A DNA stretch of 63,874 bases, the filler included, from Sandaracinaceae bacterium (GTDB taxonomy: Bacteria; Myxococcota_A; Polyangia; Polyangiales; JADJQN01): the NCBI GenBank assembly GCA_947483975.1. It is 6 parts of 6 records of this genome, joined end to end, with 100 filler letters (N's around TTAATTAATTAA, not from the genome) between each part and the next. Parts side by side here need not be neighbours in the genome. Positions count along the whole stretch, not along the records: positions 55,045 to 63,874 come from CANKOL010000223.1; 5 more parts are not named here. One strand, given 5' to 3'. The notes beneath the pieces were generated by a model. The model was given only the letters and a program-made list of their open reading frames with translations, searched no databases and had not been told where the DNA came from. A program made the position numbers and the translations under genes. Positions 61,201 through 63,874 of this stretch are shown in pieces (positions within the stretch are counted from its first letter, which is position 1; each line of letters begins with the position of its first letter).

Positions 61201-61535
61201 TCGGTGTCGAGGGGCGCGTCGAAGGCGACGGTGATCGGCGCGAAGGTGCCCCAGCCGTCGAGCTTGTCGAACTCGGCGCGCGTGCGCTGCTCGAGGTGCG
61301 TCGGCGCGACGAGGCTGGCGTTGAGGCGGCGCCCCGTGCGCGAGGTCGGGTCGGGCGAGGTCGCGACGTCGTTCGGGAGCGGGACGTTGGCGACGGGGCG
61401 CGCGTCGAGCTGCCACTCGACCCGCGGGCCGGTGCCGTCGGGGGTCGCGCGGAGGCCAGTGGGCAGGCCGCCGCCGTCGCTGCACGCGGCGAGCATGAGG
61501 ACGAGGAGCGCGAAGCGGGACGCGTTCATGTTCAC
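58203..61535 (-). CDS. Large lipase-like alpha/beta-hydrolase lipoprotein (Pla-1/Cef-like N-domain)
   Basis: Lipobox LAAC; PLPND...LDGWGTFAPI; LYGHGY; GQSLG; GDNTVP; EHGF; several DxDxDG loops; GTG 61535 overlaps upstream TGA. Confidence 0.8.
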   Translation of the reverse strand: MNMNASRFALLVLMLAACSDGGGLPTGLRATPDGTGPRVEWQLDARPVANVPLPNDVATSPDPTSRTGRRLNASLVAPTHLEQRTRAEFDKLDGWGTFAPITVAFDAPLDTDELLRAQGPGTFANFGQHAVYVVNLRTGVPVPLDVGAGNFNFNLQRPDNYAENDPRGSESNLFFETVEEDTNANGILDRGEDTDFDGVLDHPNTLSGRLDPSNPTDTYDNLMLFYERETNTLILRPVVPLDEETEYAVVLTDRLVGTDHQPVRSPFPYVHHVSQRASLEKLPALFAAKPNLYGDLATRGWGGVSFAWTFTTQSVTHDLTTIRDGLYGTGPLARLATQFPPDLIVSRAINPDGDSCTEMAPIQLNRPYIAPVEALKNVAEQLAPMAFGLSPESTTKLLSTFDAIDHIVVVFFRVPYFLGDPGVQNTSQLFDVNTTTGEGRIGSDIVPLIITIPKETAAHRQPFPVALYGHGYTSSHLESLGFGGLLASHGVASAGIVAQGHGLVLDPGQDRLMRALFGAFCIEGLGSAALLDRARDQNFDGQPDSGGDFWTSYVFHTRDVIRQSVVDQVQAIRVLRALDGTRRAVPGHLAHNRPRFDPIEFDGDFDRDGTIDLAGDFDADGTPDIGGPDVDYFSWGQSLGAVVSGAVAGVEPYVTVAAPSAGAGGLLDVGLRTTESEVKEAVVLRLMGPLLTAVPIGDSPDRAETACASGQRSLREVVVDLNDRVNVEIGCVDADSLQDGDAVVLRNFGNHETRCAGAGADGRFRIGVPADTGDPLQIEVYRGGAFDIDYATCTFREGSSAHALVHVQDRFTSAAGEYGSSPGLCERCGHYQATKYALDDPLVAVTEGYGLPRQSAQLRRFMSLAQIAIEPADPVNWAPRIFLHPDPQRPGRGPRSVLVMESLGDNTVPVNSGLVYARAAGVLPFMPSDAPDEYADYRAPRSFEARYGVPTPNDVFISNYVSEGIARLERHPIPGFADWLFDPDDLSEGLQRYIDRNGNPPPVGEPGTSPPRLSPPLRWVRESRAVTSPTDDVWTAPGTSTGMSGVITFMVEPGGEHGFDPVAPSKTWDEGEYLANLLGWYFRSGGSELLYHTQPATHLCLETSSCAFDR

Positions 61536-63379
61536 CACCGGAGCCCGACCCGGGCGCGCACGAGGCCGATGTTCTGCATCACGGAGCCGCCCGCGTCGGC
61601 GAACGCCTGACCGGGGAAGAAGACGCCGCCCTCGACGCCGCCGGTGAGCGTCATGTCGTCGCGGAGCTCCGTCGAGAGGAGCACGGCGCCGTCGAGCTCG
61701 AGGCCGAGGTCGCGGAAGGCCGGATCACCGCCGCGCCAGTTGCGGCTCACGGAGTAGAGGCGCTGCGCGACGACGTCCACGTTGGGCGAGGTCGTGCGCG
61801 CGACGACGGCGCCGAGGCGGGCCTCGATCCACGCCTTCGGGCGCCAGACGATGTACGGGAAGAGGTACATCGCGCCGGCGACGCCGCCGTTGGTCGGCAC
61901 GAGATCCGAGCCGCGCGCCGGGCGCCCGACGATCACGGAGGAGTTCGCGGACGCGACGGCGCGGGCCGTCATCCAGTTCAGCACCTCGGGGAAGAGGACG
62001 AGCCCGACGCGGTGATCGGCGTCCATCGTGGCGCGGCGCTGCACGCCGTCCTCGGTGTTGGAGTCGCCGCTCGAGTAGCCGGCCTCGACGACGACGTCGA
62101 GGTGCGCGTTGGTGCGCCCGAGCTGCGCCGCCCACTGCAGCTGCGCGACGCGCTCGCGGCTGCGGTAGATGGTGCGCGCGAGGCTCGTCGTGCCGAACGT
62201 GTACGCGCCCTCGAACGCCGCGAAGAGGCGCCCGCCGCTGACCTCGGGCACGTCCCAGCGCGCGAAGAGATCGACGACGCCGACCTTGAGCACGTCGTCA
62301 TCGCGGTCGGTGCCGTTGCGATACGCGACGAACGCGCCGACCGTGCGCTCGCGGCTGACGGGCGAGGTGCCCGCCTCGTCGGCGGAGGGCGGCGACGCCT
62401 GCCAGAAGGCCGAGAGCACGCCCTGGTACATCGTGTCGCCCTGCCGCAGATCGAAGGTGCCGTCGTCGTAGACGACGTCGGCCGCGGCGGCGAGCGTCAG
62501 CGGATGTCGCGGGCCGAGGGGCTTGAGCCCGTAGGCGATGCGCTCGACGGCGTCACCCTGGTGGTAGTCGCCGAAGACGGGGCGATGATCGCCGTCGTTC
62601 GCGACGATGCCGAGGCCCCAGGAGAAGCCCTGCTGGCCGACGCGCAGCGCGCCCGCGCGCGAGAGCCACTCGAGATAGAGCGTGCGCAGCTCGATGCCGG
62701 GGTAGAGGCGCTCACAGCCCGCCTCGCCGCCGCAGGAGGCGTCGGGGCCGAAGCCGATGCGGCGATCGCGGCGCCAGGAGCTCGGCGCGATGCCGACCGC
62801 GGTGTCCCCGAAGAGCACGCCGCTCAGCAGGTCGAACTGCCCGACGAGCTTCAGATAGGGGCGCAGGCCGAGCTCGCCGCGGAGGCGAATCCACATCGAA
62901 GCCCAGAGGTTCTGCCCGAGCGAGTCGGTGCCTGGCTCGCGCGGCAGGGCGGTCAGCGGGAGGTTCGAGAGCGCGTCGAAGCGCAGCTCCCACTCGCCGT
63001 GGACGTGGCCGTAGAAGGTCAGCTGCGGGCCGCTGGCTGGCGCGACCGCCGCGGCCTGCGTGGCCTGCGTCTCGACGCCGGTGACGGGCTCGTCGGGCTC
63101 GTCTGCGGCCGCCTCGGCGGCGGTCTCCTCGGCCGTCGCGGTCTCGACGACGACGCTCTCGTCGTCCGGCTCGAGGACGGGCGGCTCGAGGACGGGCGGC
63201 GCGAGGACGGGCGGCGCGTCTGCCGCAGGGCCCTCGGGGACGTCGGCTGGCGCGTCCGCTGGGAGGTCGGGCGAGACGCCTGCCGCGGCGTCTTGCGCGG
63301 CGGCGCGCGACGAGGTCGCGATGGCGAGGATGGCGAGCACGAACGCGGTGCGCCCTGCGCTGTAGAGATGGAGTTTCAT
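61532..63379 (-). CDS. Putative outer-membrane beta-barrel
   Basis: Signal peptide, acidic Pro-rich linker, amphipathic strands (LYLEW...LRVGQQGFSWGLG, DLGLELDG), ends RARVGLRW. Confidence 0.75.
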   Translation of the reverse strand: MKLHLYSAGRTAFVLAILAIATSSRAAAQDAAAGVSPDLPADAPADVPEGPAADAPPVLAPPVLEPPVLEPDDESVVVETATAEETAAEAAADEPDEPVTGVETQATQAAAVAPASGPQLTFYGHVHGEWELRFDALSNLPLTALPREPGTDSLGQNLWASMWIRLRGELGLRPYLKLVGQFDLLSGVLFGDTAVGIAPSSWRRDRRIGFGPDASCGGEAGCERLYPGIELRTLYLEWLSRAGALRVGQQGFSWGLGIVANDGDHRPVFGDYHQGDAVERIAYGLKPLGPRHPLTLAAAADVVYDDGTFDLRQGDTMYQGVLSAFWQASPPSADEAGTSPVSRERTVGAFVAYRNGTDRDDDVLKVGVVDLFARWDVPEVSGGRLFAAFEGAYTFGTTSLARTIYRSRERVAQLQWAAQLGRTNAHLDVVVEAGYSSGDSNTEDGVQRRATMDADHRVGLVLFPEVLNWMTARAVASANSSVIVGRPARGSDLVPTNGGVAGAMYLFPYIVWRPKAWIEARLGAVVARTTSPNVDVVAQRLYSVSRNWRGGDPAFRDLGLELDGAVLLSTELRDDMTLTGGVEGGVFFPGQAFADAGGSVMQNIGLVRARVGLRW

Positions 63380-63499
63380 GGCCCCGTAGGTCGCGTGACA
63401 GCGCGACGGTATCGCCCATCGCAGCGCTTGGGGAATCTTTGCGATGCGAGCGCTCACGCGCGGCGCGGCGCGGGCGAGCCCGAGCGGACTTGCTATAGC

Positions 63500-63874
63500 G
63501 TGCGGGTGCACTCTGCCGCCCTGCCCCCTCGTCGCGATTGGCGCCTCTCGAGCCTCGCCGCTTCGCTCCTGCTGACGCTCACCGGCTGCTCGGACTGCGG
63601 CGCTTCGCACACGGTGCCGTTCCGCGCGGACGCGGGCCCGGCGACCGTCGCTGCGCCGCTACCACCGCCGGCTGCCGCCGCGTTTGTACCGTTCGACGGC
63701 GTCGGGCTGCCCGAGGGCACGCGCCAACTCGGCGTCGAGGGCGCGCCGGTCCGAGTGAGCGCGGGCTCGCTGCGCTGCGCGCTGCCGATCGACCTCGAGG
63801 GCGACGGCGACCGCGACGCGCTGCTCGTGACGTCGGACGACGCGGGCGCCGCGAGCCTCTCGGAGGCCGTCCGA
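63500..63874 (+). CDS. Lipoprotein N-terminus (runs off window)
   Basis: Manual translation ...SLAASLLLTLTGC-SDCG...ADAG...IDLEGDGDRDALL; absent from ORF track because there is no stop; start 63500 or 63506. Confidence 0.65.
   Translation, partial: MRVHSAALPPRRDWRLSSLAASLLLTLTGCSDCGASHTVPFRADAGPATVAAPLPPPAAAAFVPFDGVGLPEGTRQLGVEGAPVRVSAGSLRCALPIDLEGDGDRDALLVTSDDAGAASLSEAVR

Overview
GC-rich bacterial DNA, almost certainly Myxococcota (glt/cglC gliding genes, TIGR04563-type protein, Ser/Thr kinase, FHA protein, Cys-rich lipoproteins; Polyangiales/Sandaracinaceae-like by impression only). The window is not contiguous: six pieces (1-11021, 11122-22029, 22130-33008, 33109-43982, 44083-54944, 55045-63874) are joined by artificial N44-TTAATTAATTAA-N44 linkers, so neighbourhood only holds within a piece. 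(1) TPR protein + Cys-rich lipoprotein, BON protein, host-attachment protein, large AAA+ ATPase, acsA-pdhABC. (2) UshA-like CGC lipoprotein, rpsP-khpA-rimM-trmD-SPOUT, a second TPR protein + EGF/FG-GAP lipoprotein, bcp, rplS, DUF882, and a ThiF/Ubl/JAB/larE sulfur cluster. (3) HEAT, HAMP, yraN, cglC divergent from gltC-gltD-gltE. (4) Ser/Thr kinase, heterodimeric ABC exporter, FHA protein, hydrolase, TIGR04563, CtpA, radical SAM. (5) XRE-cupin, 42-bp tandem repeat, YbjN, a 122-bp MITE, M32 peptidase, RRM, hemerythrin, VOC, GIDE-like protein, two hybrid kinases. (6) an outer-membrane barrel-lipase-ceramidase-lipoprotein operon. No rRNA, tRNA or CRISPR was seen. Best candidates for undescribed biology: the twice-recurring TPR/beta-signal protein + surface lipoprotein cassette with a shared sigma54-like promoter, the lipid-scavenging operon, the ubiquitin-like sulfur relay next to larE, and repeated CCCAGC-N5-GCTGGG palindromes ahead of gltC. 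All family calls come from motif recognition by eye; no database search was run.
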